Positions 1 through 9,237 of a stretch of DNA of 64,000 nt are shown here, piece after piece. A model generated the notes under the pieces. That model was given only the letters and a program-made list of their open reading frames with translations. It ran no database searches and had not been told where the DNA came from. The position numbers and the translations under genes are program-made. Position 1 is the first letter of the stretch. Every line of letters begins with the position of its first letter. This stretch comes from Longimicrobiales bacterium (GTDB lineage Bacteria; Gemmatimonadota; Gemmatimonadetes; Longimicrobiales; Gaopeijiaceae), in the NCBI GenBank assembly GCA_965238005.1, contig OZ250165.1:96001-160000 (forward strand). The letters are read 5' to 3'.

Positions 1-630
1 GAGCGAGCCCCACCTGAGGCCGATCCCCGTGACCTCGCACGGATACTCGATCCTGACCCCTTCCCGGCGGGCGGCTTCAACCAGGGCCCAGGTCGCCCGT
101 TCGGGGTCGATGCTTCCCTCCTCCCAGGTCCAGGCCGCCGCCAGGACCGGTCCGCCGGGCTCGAGGCCGGGCTCCAGGGCCTTGAAGTCGCCGTCGCCGA
201 TAAGATGGATCGGGTAGCCCCACGCTTGCTGCCGTGCGACGTTCCGCCGAAGAGTGCGGGCGTCGTCCGCTTCCTCCGCCCACTCGAGGCTCCCACCCCA
301 CTGGACCTGGAACTCTCCTCCCACCTCGGCCTCCAAGTGTCGGTAGGCCAGGGCGCTCAGCCGGTTCAGTCGGTGGTAGTGATACGGGCGTTTCCCGGCG
401 GACGCGTTGATCCAGGCGAATGACCTGGAGGTGGCCCCGGAAGCCGGCGCCTCCTTCTCGCAAACGGTGACCTCAGCGCCCCGGCGGGCCAGGTGGTAGG
501 CGATGGAGGAGCCCACGACACCGCTCCCCACCACCACCACCCGGCGGGGCGCTCTCCAGGGCAGGCGGAATCCGGGAAGGGCGCTGACGGAGACGCCAGC
601 GAAGAGCTGGAGCAACGTGCGTCGTCTCAT
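1..630 (-). CDS. FAD-dependent oxidoreductase (DAO/glycine oxidase-like) with Tat-like leader; 3' end outside window
   Basis: Not in ORF track; manual translation from ATG 630: MRRRTLLQLFAG...RVVVVGSGVVGSSIAYHLARRGAEVTVCEKEAPASGATSRSFAWIN (GxGxxG, GAT/SxxS motif). Confidence 0.85.
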   Translation of the reverse strand, partial: MRRRTLLQLFAGVSVSALPGFRLPWRAPRRVVVVGSGVVGSSIAYHLARRGAEVTVCEKEAPASGATSRSFAWINASAGKRPYHYHRLNRLSALAYRHLEAEVGGEFQVQWGGSLEWAEEADDARTLRRNVARQQAWGYPIHLIGDGDFKALEPGLEPGGPVLAAAWTWEEGSIDPERATWALVEAARREGVRIEYPCEVTGIGLRWGSL

Positions 631-812
631 GTGTCGAACCCGAGCCGGCGTGGATGGAGCCTTCCGGAGGACGATATCGCGTCCATTGACGTCCGGCCAC
701 CTCGAGGGCCTAGCTCCAAGATTATTGAGCGACTCGAACAGGCAATAGGACAGCATGCTGAGGCCTGTCTTCGCACATTCGACTGACCTGAGTCCGCTGA
801 GGCCCGCTCCCC

Positions 813-1733
813 CTACATCATCCGGTTGATCAGCTTGCTGGCCTGCTCGCTGCTGAGTCCGAGGGGACGGCGTGCGAGGGGAACCCCGTCGGCGATGACC
901 GGTTCGAGCGAGTCCAGGGAGGGCCGGTCGTTCTCGAGGAACAGCCCGATGTAGATTTCGTCTCCCCACAGCATCGCCTTCTCGCAGGCCGCCTTCCAGT
1001 CGCTGGGGTCGTGCCCTTCGTCTTCCAGCTTCTTCACCCGCGGCTTGAAGAACGCGAAGTCGTTGTCGTGGTTGAAGGTGACACAGGGGCTGAAGATGTC
1101 GATGAAGGAAAAGCCCTGGTGCTGGATCGCGTTCTTGATGAGCCCCGTGAGGTGCTTGACGTCGGCGCTGTAGCCCCGAGCGACATACGTCCCGCCGTTC
1201 ATGATCGCGGACGTGATGGGGTTGATAGGAAGCTCGAGGTTTCCGAAGGGCGTGCTCTTGGTCCGCATGTCGGGGCGGCTGGTGGGAGAGATCTGGCCCG
1301 TGGTCAGGCCATAGATCTGGTTGTTCATCACCAGGTAGGTGAGGTCTATATTGCGGCGCACGGTATGCATCAGGTGGTTGCCGCCGATGCCGTAGCCGTC
1401 GCCGTCGCCGCCGGTAACGATGACGTGGAGCTGGTGGTTCCCAAGTTTGGCTCCCGTCGCCACCGGTAGAGAGCGCCCGTGCAGGGTGTGTATCCCGTAG
1501 GCGTTGAAGTACCCGGGCAAATTGGACGAGCAGCCGATGCCACTCACGCACAGGATCTCATGCGGCTTGAGCCCCAGCTCGAAGACCGCACGCTGGAGCG
1601 CGTTCAGCACTCCGAAGTCTCCGCAGCCGGCGCACCAGTCGGGCTTGACCTGACCCTTGAACTCCTTGGCCGAGGCCGGGGATCGGGGCAGCTCGACGCC
1701 AATCAGCTCGGCCGTGCTCTGGACGGTGCTCAT
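813..1733 (-). CDS. korB: 2-oxoacid:ferredoxin oxidoreductase beta subunit
   Basis: WCAGCGDFG, SGIGCS, GGDGDGYGIGGNH TPP motif, SPCVTFN; start MSTVQS overlaps alpha stop (ATGA). Confidence 0.9.
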   Translation of the reverse strand: MSTVQSTAELIGVELPRSPASAKEFKGQVKPDWCAGCGDFGVLNALQRAVFELGLKPHEILCVSGIGCSSNLPGYFNAYGIHTLHGRSLPVATGAKLGNHQLHVIVTGGDGDGYGIGGNHLMHTVRRNIDLTYLVMNNQIYGLTTGQISPTSRPDMRTKSTPFGNLELPINPITSAIMNGGTYVARGYSADVKHLTGLIKNAIQHQGFSFIDIFSPCVTFNHDNDFAFFKPRVKKLEDEGHDPSDWKAACEKAMLWGDEIYIGLFLENDRPSLDSLEPVIADGVPLARRPLGLSSEQASKLINRMM

Positions 1734-3511
1734 ACGATGATCTCCTGATGCGGTACGTAAATGGCGGCCTCGCCCTGCAAGAGCTCGAGGACTCCTTCGG
1801 CGACGTGATGCGGCATGAACGGCTCTCCGTCGTACTTCCGGATGTGGCCGGCAGCGGCGAAGCCGGTCTCGCTCCGCAAGTAACGCGCGAACTGACCCGA
1901 GTAGCTGTTCTCTACGACGAGGACCCGCTTCGATCGGGACAGGATGCCGCTGACGACCTCGTCGTGGAACGGAACGATCCACTTGATGGCGAGCTGATTG
2001 GCGACCACCCCGTGCTCGGCGAGCACGTCGACGGCCTCCCGGATCGCGCCGTAGGTCGAGCCCCAGCCGACCAGCGTCACTTGGGCGTCGGGGGGGCCTT
2101 CGAGGGTCGGCGGAGGTACGTCGGCCCCTACGCCCTGGGCCTTCCGAGCGCGCTTCTCCACCATCTTGCGGCGCTTGTGCGGATGGGTGAACTCGTCGCT
2201 GATCAGCACGCCGTCCTCATCGTGCTCATCCGTCGCTACGACGTGGACGTATCCCTCGTAGCCCGGCACCACTCGCGGCGAGATCCCGCTCTCCGTGTCG
2301 GCGTAGCGCAGGTAGTTTCCGTCGGGCGAAGGATCGACGATGAGGGCGCCTCGATCGATCGCGGGGTGGAGGTGGATTAGGTCGGGGTCCACGCTGAATG
2401 TCCCTTCCGAGAGGAGGAGATCGGAGATGATGATTCCGGGACACTGGGCGCGGTCCACAAGGTTGAAGAGCTCGGGGACCGTGTTGAACGCGTCGAGGGG
2501 GTTCTTGGGTGCCACGATGAAGCGCTCGTAGTCGCCCTGGCTGGCGCCAAGGACCTGCCAGAGGTCGCCCTGCTCTGTCTTCGTGGGGACGCCCGTGGAG
2601 GGTCCGGCGCGCATCACGTTGATGAAGACCGCGGGGATCTCCATCATCGCCGCGCTCCCGATCGCTTCCGTCATCAGTGCGAAGCCGCCGCCGGAGGTGG
2701 CGCACATGGCGCGGCAGCCTGCGTGGGCGGCGCCAATGGTCATGTTCGCCACACCGATCTCGTCCTCGACCTGACGCACCATGATGCCCAGCTCGTGGGC
2801 GTTCTGCGCCATCCAGTGGAGGATTCCGGTCGCGGGGCTCATTGGATACGCGGCGTAGAAAGTGACTCCGGCCGCCGCTCCGCCCATGGCCAGAGCGTCG
2901 TTGCCGGCCCACATCCCAAGGGGCTTATTCCCTTTCGGCAACGGCACGGGATATGGCTGGAAGTTGGCGGCCCCGTGGTCGTAGCCGGCCCGGGACATGG
3001 TCACGTTCTCTTCGACCACGGCCGCTCCCTTCCGCCGGAACAGGAGCTCCAGGGCATCCTCCAGCACCGAGAACTCGACGCCCAGCAGGGACATCATGAC
3101 ACCGAGTGATATGGTGTTCTGGATGAGCTTATTCTTGCTGTCCCCTGCCAGGTCGCCGATGGGCATCGGGCAAAGGAGGACGTCGTCCGGCACCTCACCG
3201 GGCTGGACGGTGTCGCTGTTGTAGAGCACGCGGGATCCGGGCCTGAGGAGCCCCAAGTGCCGGTTCATCGTGTCCTGGTTGAGGCAGAGCAGGAGGTCCA
3301 TGCCGTCACCGTGGCTGTGCACCTCCTCGTCGCGCATGCGCAACATCAACAGGCTGTGTCCTCCCCGGATGATCGACTGATGCGCGTTGTATGAGTAGAG
3401 ATGCAGACCGCGCCGCACGAAGATGCGAGCGAGGATATTACCCGGCGTCGCGATTCCCTGGCCGGCGGCCCCCCCGATGCCGATGGTAAAGTCGAGACCG
3501 TTCGCGCTCAT
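1730..3511 (-). CDS. korA: 2-oxoacid:ferredoxin oxidoreductase alpha subunit (gamma-alpha fusion)
   Basis: GGAAGQG, IIRGGHS, YPMSPAT, QVEDEI, TSGGGFALM, RAGPSTGVPT; start MSANG at 3511. Confidence 0.9.
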   Translation of the reverse strand: MSANGLDFTIGIGGAAGQGIATPGNILARIFVRRGLHLYSYNAHQSIIRGGHSLLMLRMRDEEVHSHGDGMDLLLCLNQDTMNRHLGLLRPGSRVLYNSDTVQPGEVPDDVLLCPMPIGDLAGDSKNKLIQNTISLGVMMSLLGVEFSVLEDALELLFRRKGAAVVEENVTMSRAGYDHGAANFQPYPVPLPKGNKPLGMWAGNDALAMGGAAAGVTFYAAYPMSPATGILHWMAQNAHELGIMVRQVEDEIGVANMTIGAAHAGCRAMCATSGGGFALMTEAIGSAAMMEIPAVFINVMRAGPSTGVPTKTEQGDLWQVLGASQGDYERFIVAPKNPLDAFNTVPELFNLVDRAQCPGIIISDLLLSEGTFSVDPDLIHLHPAIDRGALIVDPSPDGNYLRYADTESGISPRVVPGYEGYVHVVATDEHDEDGVLISDEFTHPHKRRKMVEKRARKAQGVGADVPPPTLEGPPDAQVTLVGWGSTYGAIREAVDVLAEHGVVANQLAIKWIVPFHDEVVSGILSRSKRVLVVENSYSGQFARYLRSETGFAAAGHIRKYDGEPFMPHHVAEGVLELLQGEAAIYVPHQEIIV

Positions 3512-3842
3512 GGAATTCTCCTGAAATGATTCGCGCACTGCCGCGCTCGACGACCTGGCCAGGAGACGAATCCCGGGGCCGAGGAGGAGAGGGCCCATCT
3601 CGGTGAATTACTCCACGGCCGGGTGCCTCGATCTTCGGGCGCACTCACCTGATACCCGATCAGGGTGTCTTATGTGTCCAGTTCTCATCCGCGATGCGGT
3701 CGATTCGCTAGTCGCCGAGTGTCTTCATTGGGTCATTCGGGGATTGCCCTGGCGGGTTTTGAGCCGGTAATGTGTCGGTTCCGGTATACCCGTGTAGGAG
3801 TGGGTCAATCCTCCTCCAACACAACGACTCAAGGAGCAAGCG

Positions 3843-4418
3843 ATGAACACCCCCGACAACCCCGTCGACAACGGCGTGAACGTGCAAGCGCTGCTCGAAG
3901 CACGCGAAGCACTGTCCGAGGCGCCAGACGCCGCCCAGTTCCAGTGGCGGGCGAGGTGCGAGTGGGTGAACGGCACCCACAGTCGCTCCACCGTGGAGGG
4001 ATTCTTCGGACTCGGCGAGGAGCAGACACACAAGGCCAAATTTTCCTTCGACGCCGACCATTCCGAGGTCTTCGCGTCGGAGGACCATGGTGCGACGCCA
4101 GTCGAGATCGTGCTGGCAAGTCTGGCCAGCTGCCTCACCGCGGGCATCGCGTCCGTTGCCCAGCTTCGTGAGATCCAGCTGCGCTCCGTCTCGGCGACGG
4201 TCGAGGGCGGAATGGACATCCAGGGTATCCTCGGCATGGACAGCGACGTGCGGAACGGCTTCGACGGCATCAAGGTGACCTACGACATCGACGCCGACGC
4301 GACAGCCGAAGAGATCCAGGCGATCGTCGCCCAGTCGCAAAAGCGGTCGGCCGTCTTCGACGCTATCACGAACCCCACGAACGTGACGGTCGAGGTCAGC
4401 CGAGCCGCCAGCGCGTAA
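3843..4418 (+). CDS. OsmC-like family protein
   Basis: DNGVNV, GATPVEIVLASLASCL, RNGFDGIKV; AAGGAG RBS upstream. Confidence 0.85.
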   Translation: MNTPDNPVDNGVNVQALLEAREALSEAPDAAQFQWRARCEWVNGTHSRSTVEGFFGLGEEQTHKAKFSFDADHSEVFASEDHGATPVEIVLASLASCLTAGIASVAQLREIQLRSVSATVEGGMDIQGILGMDSDVRNGFDGIKVTYDIDADATAEEIQAIVAQSQKRSAVFDAITNPTNVTVEVSRAASA

Positions 4419-5117
4419 TTCATGGGACCGGTCCCGTGCACATTACTACCGTCGTCATCGGGGCCGGTCATGCCGGGTTGGCCATGAGCCGCTGCCTCGC
4501 CGACCGCTCGATCGACCATGTGGTCCTCGAGCGGGGCGAGGTGGCCAACTCGTGGAGAACAGAGCGGTGGGACTCGCTGCGGCTGCTGACGCCCAACTGG
4601 CAGAGCCGGCTGCCTGGCTACGGGTACCAGGGAGACGATCCCGACGGCTTCCGCACGATGCCCGAGACGATCGACTTCATCGAGCGGTATGCCGACGTGA
4701 TTTCGGCCCCGGTCCGGACCAACACCAACGTGACGTCGGTGCGCAGCATCGACGACGGCTACAGGGTCGCCACCGACCAGGGTGACTGGCGATGCCGGAC
4801 GGTCGTTATCGCGACCGGAGCGTGTAACATTCCGCGCGTCCCGGCAGTCGCGGAGGCGGTGCCGTCCTCGATCGCGACGCTCACGCCGATGGAGTACCGC
4901 AACCCGGACCAGCTCGAGCCGGGTGGTGTGCTGGTCGTCGGCGCCTCGGCCACCGGCACACAGATCGCCGATGAGGTCCACCGCTCGGGCCGGCCCGTGA
5001 CCCTCGCGGTGGGCGAGCACATCCGGGCGCCCCGCGTCTATCGGAGCAAGGACATCGAGTGGTGGATGGACGTCGTCGGGGTGCTCGACGACCGCTATGA
5101 AGATGAGGACAACCTAG

Positions 5118-6719
5118 GAGTCTGCGCCGCAGAAGCACAGCTGACTGAGCCGAATGGTCATCGAGCCGTCCGCGGCGAGGCGGATCCGGGTGATTGGGAG
5201 GTTGAGGACTTGTGTCTGCGACGGATCGGGAGAGCGGAATGGATGCGTTGGGGGGGGCAAGAGAGCTACGAGAGCCCTCGCGCCGGCAGATGCGGGTGAA
5301 CCCTCGTGCAGTCATGCCGCCTGAAGGGTGTGCAGCCGCTTCACATTGAGTGCCAGGCACACGAGGGTCCACTCGGCCCGGACCTTCTCGAGGCCCCGGA
5401 AGCTGAATCGTCGAAAGCCCATCACTTCCTTGATCCAGCCGATGGGCGCCTCGGCCTGCGACTTTCGCCGTGCGTAGCGTCTGCGGCCATCTTCGCTCGC
5501 CAGCTTCTCCGCCATGCGGACTTTCGCCGGATATTCCTCCTTGTCAACCGTGGGGGCGGCCTTGCCCTCCCGGGCCAGCGCCACATACCCGTCGATGTCT
5601 CGCTCTTCCAGTTCCTCGAGATCCCGCTCGTTGCAATAGCCCGTGTCCGCCAGCACCTGCGCCGGCGTCTCGCCGTACGCTTGCGCCACCGCGTCGACCA
5701 TGGGCACCAGCTGGCCCTGGTCGCTCGCGTTGTCCGTCACCTCGGCCCCGACCACCAGCTGGTTCTCCCCCTCCACGACCGTCTGTGCGTTGTAGCACTG
5801 CTGGAACCCCTCCGAACTCGTCTTCATGATCCGGCTCTCAGGGTCCGTGAAGTTGCTCTGCGCCGCCTCGTCCGGCTCTCCGTACTCCCGCTTGTAGGGC
5901 CTGCCGCCCTTCGGGTTGCGCGTCTGCCCCGGCTTGCGGCCCCGTGCGTCGTCCGCCGCTCTCTGCTCGGCTTCCAGGCGCGCCTTCGCCTCCCGGATCG
6001 CCGCCAGCCGGTCCTCGCGCCGCTTGAGCTCCTCCGGCACCTCGTCTCCGCATGCTTCCTCGCCGTAGCGCTCGTCTTCCGCTTCGTCCACCGCCTCGGC
6101 CCTCTCCAACAGCCCCCGGATCTCCGCCTCCAGCCGAGGCTCCCCGGTCACCATCCGGCCGTAGCTCATCGCCTTGCGCTTGTTCGCGTTCGCCCGAACC
6201 TTCGTCCCGTCCACCGACACCCTGCCAAGCCCCGCCAGCCCCAAGGCCCGCGCGAGCATCACCACCTCCACAAACACCGCCCGGAAATCCCCGAGATGGC
6301 GCTTGCGGAACTCGCACAGCGTCCGGTGCTTCGGGAAGTTCTCCGCCGCCAGCATCCGAAACGCGACATCCTCCTCCAGCTTCCTCGCCATCTTCCGCGA
6401 CGAGAAGGTGCCCGTCGCATACGCGTAGATCAGCACCTTGACCATCATCCGAGGGTCGTACGGCGAGTTGCGCCGCCCGTCCCCCCGGTACCGCCCGTAG
6501 AACGCGCTCAGCTCCACCGCGTCCACCAGGTCGCTCACATGGTGCGCCAAATGACCCTCCGACACCCACTCCCGAAGATCCGGAGGCAGCAACAACATCT
6601 GCTCCGGATCGTACGGTCGAAATGTCGTTCCCATTCACCCCCCTCGGTGATCCGCAAGCCTTCCCAATGCCTTCGCTACCACCAAAGATAGCCGCCGCAG
6701 GGTTCTGCGGCGCAGACTC
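5118..6719 (-). mobile_element. IS1182-family insertion sequence, 1602 bp
   Basis: Perfect 17-bp terminal IR GAGTCTGCGCCGCAGAA (5118-5134 / 6703-6719); CTAG duplicated at 5114-5117 and 6720-6723. Confidence 0.95.
5312..6634 (-). CDS. IS1182-family DDE transposase
   Basis: LLPPDLREWV, YDPRMMVKVLIYAYATG..SSRK, VSVDGTKVRANA, TDPESRIMK, YNAQ, LADTGY, GFRRFSFRG. Confidence 0.95.
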   Translation of the reverse strand: MGTTFRPYDPEQMLLLPPDLREWVSEGHLAHHVSDLVDAVELSAFYGRYRGDGRRNSPYDPRMMVKVLIYAYATGTFSSRKMARKLEEDVAFRMLAAENFPKHRTLCEFRKRHLGDFRAVFVEVVMLARALGLAGLGRVSVDGTKVRANANKRKAMSYGRMVTGEPRLEAEIRGLLERAEAVDEAEDERYGEEACGDEVPEELKRREDRLAAIREAKARLEAEQRAADDARGRKPGQTRNPKGGRPYKREYGEPDEAAQSNFTDPESRIMKTSSEGFQQCYNAQTVVEGENQLVVGAEVTDNASDQGQLVPMVDAVAQAYGETPAQVLADTGYCNERDLEELEERDIDGYVALAREGKAAPTVDKEEYPAKVRMAEKLASEDGRRRYARRKSQAEAPIGWIKEVMGFRRFSFRGLEKVRAEWTLVCLALNVKRLHTLQAA

Positions 6720-7316
6720 CTAGTCCGGGCTCGAAGCGTGCCGTCGCTGCAGCTCGCGGGCTCCGACGAGCGTCGGACCGTCGATCTCAACTCCCTGACG
6801 GACATCGGCGTGAAGCTCATCGGTCGCCTTGCCGGTATCAACGGCGGCAAGGCACAGTTCTCCGGATCGCTGCGAAATCAGTGCGCGATGTCCGACCTCA
6901 AGATGAACAGGCTACTCGACAGGATCGACGAGTGGGCGACCGAAGAAGCGATCGACGACCAAGTCGGTCCGCCGCACCGCTTCGAGCCCACCAGGGTCGA
7001 GGCATCGCCGCCGCTCGGCATGGACCTCAACTCCGGTGAGATCCAGACCATCCTCTGGGCCACCGGGTTCCGCCCCGACCATGCGTGGCTCGACGTGCCG
7101 GTCTTCGACCGCAAGGGCCGCATCCGGCACGACGGTGGGGTCGTCGAGGCCCCCGGCATGTACTTGATGGGGATCCCGTTCCTCCGGCGTCGCAAGTCGA
7201 GCCTCATTGACGGCGCCGACGACGATGCTCGTGACCTGAGCGCCCACCTGGCGTCCCACCTCGACGAGGGGATCTCCGTGGCACGGCTCTGACGGGCGAG
7301 CCGATCACCACGCCAC

Positions 7317-7334
7317 GCCCCTGACGACAGGGGC
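7317..7334. terminator. Short hairpin between convergent genes
   Basis: GCCCCTG-ACGA-CAGGGGC; no U-tract. Confidence 0.3.
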
Positions 7335-7351
7335 TCCTGCGCGGTCTTGTC

Positions 7352-8554
7352 CTACCGAGGAGTGGGGGTCGGGGCAGGCGGCGCCACGAACTCCTTGTCC
7401 AGGGTTCGCAACAAGTCGACCTCGGCGTTCATCTCTCGGCTCAGGACGAGATGGTCCTCTTTGACTTCGTCGAGATCCCACTCGAAGGATGAGATGCGGT
7501 CCGTGACGTCCAAGAGACCCTTCACGAGCTCGTCACGCGTCACTTGGTAGCCAGCCAGGGCGTCGTCACCGCCCGCTACCACGGCCCGAGCCAGGAGCTC
7601 GGCGTCACGAAGGGCATCGGTCATCCCGTGCGCGGTAAGAGGATCCTTGAAATAGCCGGCGTCACCGACCAGAGCCCACCCGGGCCCGGCGGCACGTCGG
7701 AGGAAGCCAGTCTGCCCCGCGAAAGCTCTGAGCTTTCCGGAGCCCTCGCATCCGGCGACTCTGCTCGCCAGCTCCGGCGAGACGTCGCTAAGCACGTCGC
7801 GGTGAAGGTCCTCAATCCCGTTGCGTCGGCCGTTCTCGAAGCGGGTCGGAGGGAGCGAAGCGAAGACACAGGTATTCCCATCATTCGTCGGGATGGCTCC
7901 CACGGCCGCGCCTATATTGTAGAACCAGTGGTATCCGTCCAGCCCCAGATCCCTCCAATAGCCGTAGATGGACGCCGTGGTATGAGTGACCGTGTAGTCG
8001 AGATCGGCTTCCAGCATCCTCGCGACGCGTGATCGAACGCCGTCAGCCCCGATCACGAGATCGGTAGCCACGTCGGTCTCGTGTCTGTCGGCTCCGGCGA
8101 TCTTCGCGCCGCGGACCCGACCATCGGGAGCTCGGAGGAGACCGACCACCGACTGACCGTGGACGACCTCGGCACCGGCAGCCTGCGCGGCGTCGACGAG
8201 CACGCGGTCCACGACGGTCCGCCGCGGAGCATACAGGGCGTCGACACCGTCCCGCGGCTTGATCGAGACTTCGATGGGCTCGGAACCGTAATGGAAAGTG
8301 GTCGTCCGGATTGCAGGTGTCTCGGCCGACCGGATGGCGTCCAGCAGGCCCCAGCGGTGCAGTTGGAGCACTCCGGCCCGCATGAGCGCGTGCGTCGACA
8401 AAGTGTCACTTCCACGCCTGGCAGGGTCGACCACGAGGACTCGCAACCCTTGACGGGCCAGTAGCATCGCGGTGGACGCACCCGCGCAACGCGCGCCGGC
8501 AATGACGACGTCGTAGCGGCTCTGCGTGATCGGCGACTGCACGGTGGAGGACAT
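7352..8554 (-). CDS. FAD-dependent oxidoreductase (aromatic hydroxylase / geranylgeranyl reductase-like)
   Basis: YDVVIAGARCAG, VIGADG, LVGDAGYFKDPLTAHGMTDALRDA. Confidence 0.88.
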   Translation of the reverse strand: MSSTVQSPITQSRYDVVIAGARCAGASTAMLLARQGLRVLVVDPARRGSDTLSTHALMRAGVLQLHRWGLLDAIRSAETPAIRTTTFHYGSEPIEVSIKPRDGVDALYAPRRTVVDRVLVDAAQAAGAEVVHGQSVVGLLRAPDGRVRGAKIAGADRHETDVATDLVIGADGVRSRVARMLEADLDYTVTHTTASIYGYWRDLGLDGYHWFYNIGAAVGAIPTNDGNTCVFASLPPTRFENGRRNGIEDLHRDVLSDVSPELASRVAGCEGSGKLRAFAGQTGFLRRAAGPGWALVGDAGYFKDPLTAHGMTDALRDAELLARAVVAGGDDALAGYQVTRDELVKGLLDVTDRISSFEWDLDEVKEDHLVLSREMNAEVDLLRTLDKEFVAPPAPTPTPR

Positions 8555-8773
8555 GGATCGGAACTTGTGGCTTGGCTACACGGCCATCAAGTGGAATCCC
8601 TGGCGGCGCACTCGCCTCAGCAGAGCCTCGCTCAAAGGCGCCAAGGGTGGTGTGAGGAGTGTCGGGGCTTCGGGGGGACGTCTTCTGGCCGGCGGTCGTC
8701 TCTTCGTGGATCCACGCTCCGGGAACCGTCATTACTCCATTGCCGCACGGTGGAACGTGGGGGACCATCAGAG

Positions 8774-9043
8774 CCGGGGCTCGCCCGCACCGGGCACGTC
8801 ATCACCAGCGCGGCAGCCATCATGATCGCCGTGTTCGGCGGGTTCACGCTGGGGGACTTCGTGCTGATCAAGATGCTCGGCTTCACTCTGGCAGCGGCGG
8901 TCTTCCTGGATGCCGCCATCGTCCGGGTGGCGGTAGGACCCGCGCTACTCGTCCTCATGGGGAGGTGGAACTGGTGGCCTGGCAAGTCGGCCGCGATGGC
9001 GAGGCCGGTTCGCGCGGGGACGGAAGTGGTGGCGGGCGACTGA
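8774..9043 (+). pseudogene. C-terminal remnant of an MMPL/RND-like transporter
   Basis: GLARTGHVITSAAAIMIAVFGGF...AVFLDAAIVRVAVGPALLVLMGRWNWWPG is the typical MMPL C-terminus; rest of gene absent. Confidence 0.8.
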
Positions 9044-9063
9044 TGGATGTGGAACCTTCGGCC

Positions 9064-9150
9064 GTCGTCGGCCAAGTCGACCGTGGCCATGCCGCCTTCG
9101 CCGAGCTCACGCTCGATGGCATAGCGGCCCTCCAGGGCGGCGTTCAGGCG
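9064..9150 (-). pseudogene. N-terminal remnant of a Ser/Thr protein kinase
   Basis: RLNAALEGRYAIERELGEGGMATVDLADD (subdomain I Gly loop), similarity then stops; no start codon. Confidence 0.8.
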
Positions 9151-9237
9151 GGAGGCAGGGTGGTGGAAATCAGGGGGTGGACGGCGGCGCTGCGGGTCTA
9201 CTCGGCCGAGCGGGTTTGACCGGTCATCAAGATGCCG

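Larger units (their letters stand above)
4436..7292 (+). pseudogene. NAD(P)/FAD-dependent oxidoreductase (FMO-like) interrupted by IS1182-family element
   Basis: GAGHAG, WRTERWDSLRLLTPNW, GASATG; removing 5118-6723 rejoins ...EDEDNL|VRARSVPSLQLAG... in frame (416 aa, ILWATGFRPD near C-terminus). Confidence 0.9.

Noticed and set aside
5306..6691. Long antisense/overlapping ORFs (e.g. 5306-6691+, 20601-22097+, 34979-36694+, 58450-59805+)
   Set aside because: Shadow ORFs of real high-GC genes; no recognisable motifs.
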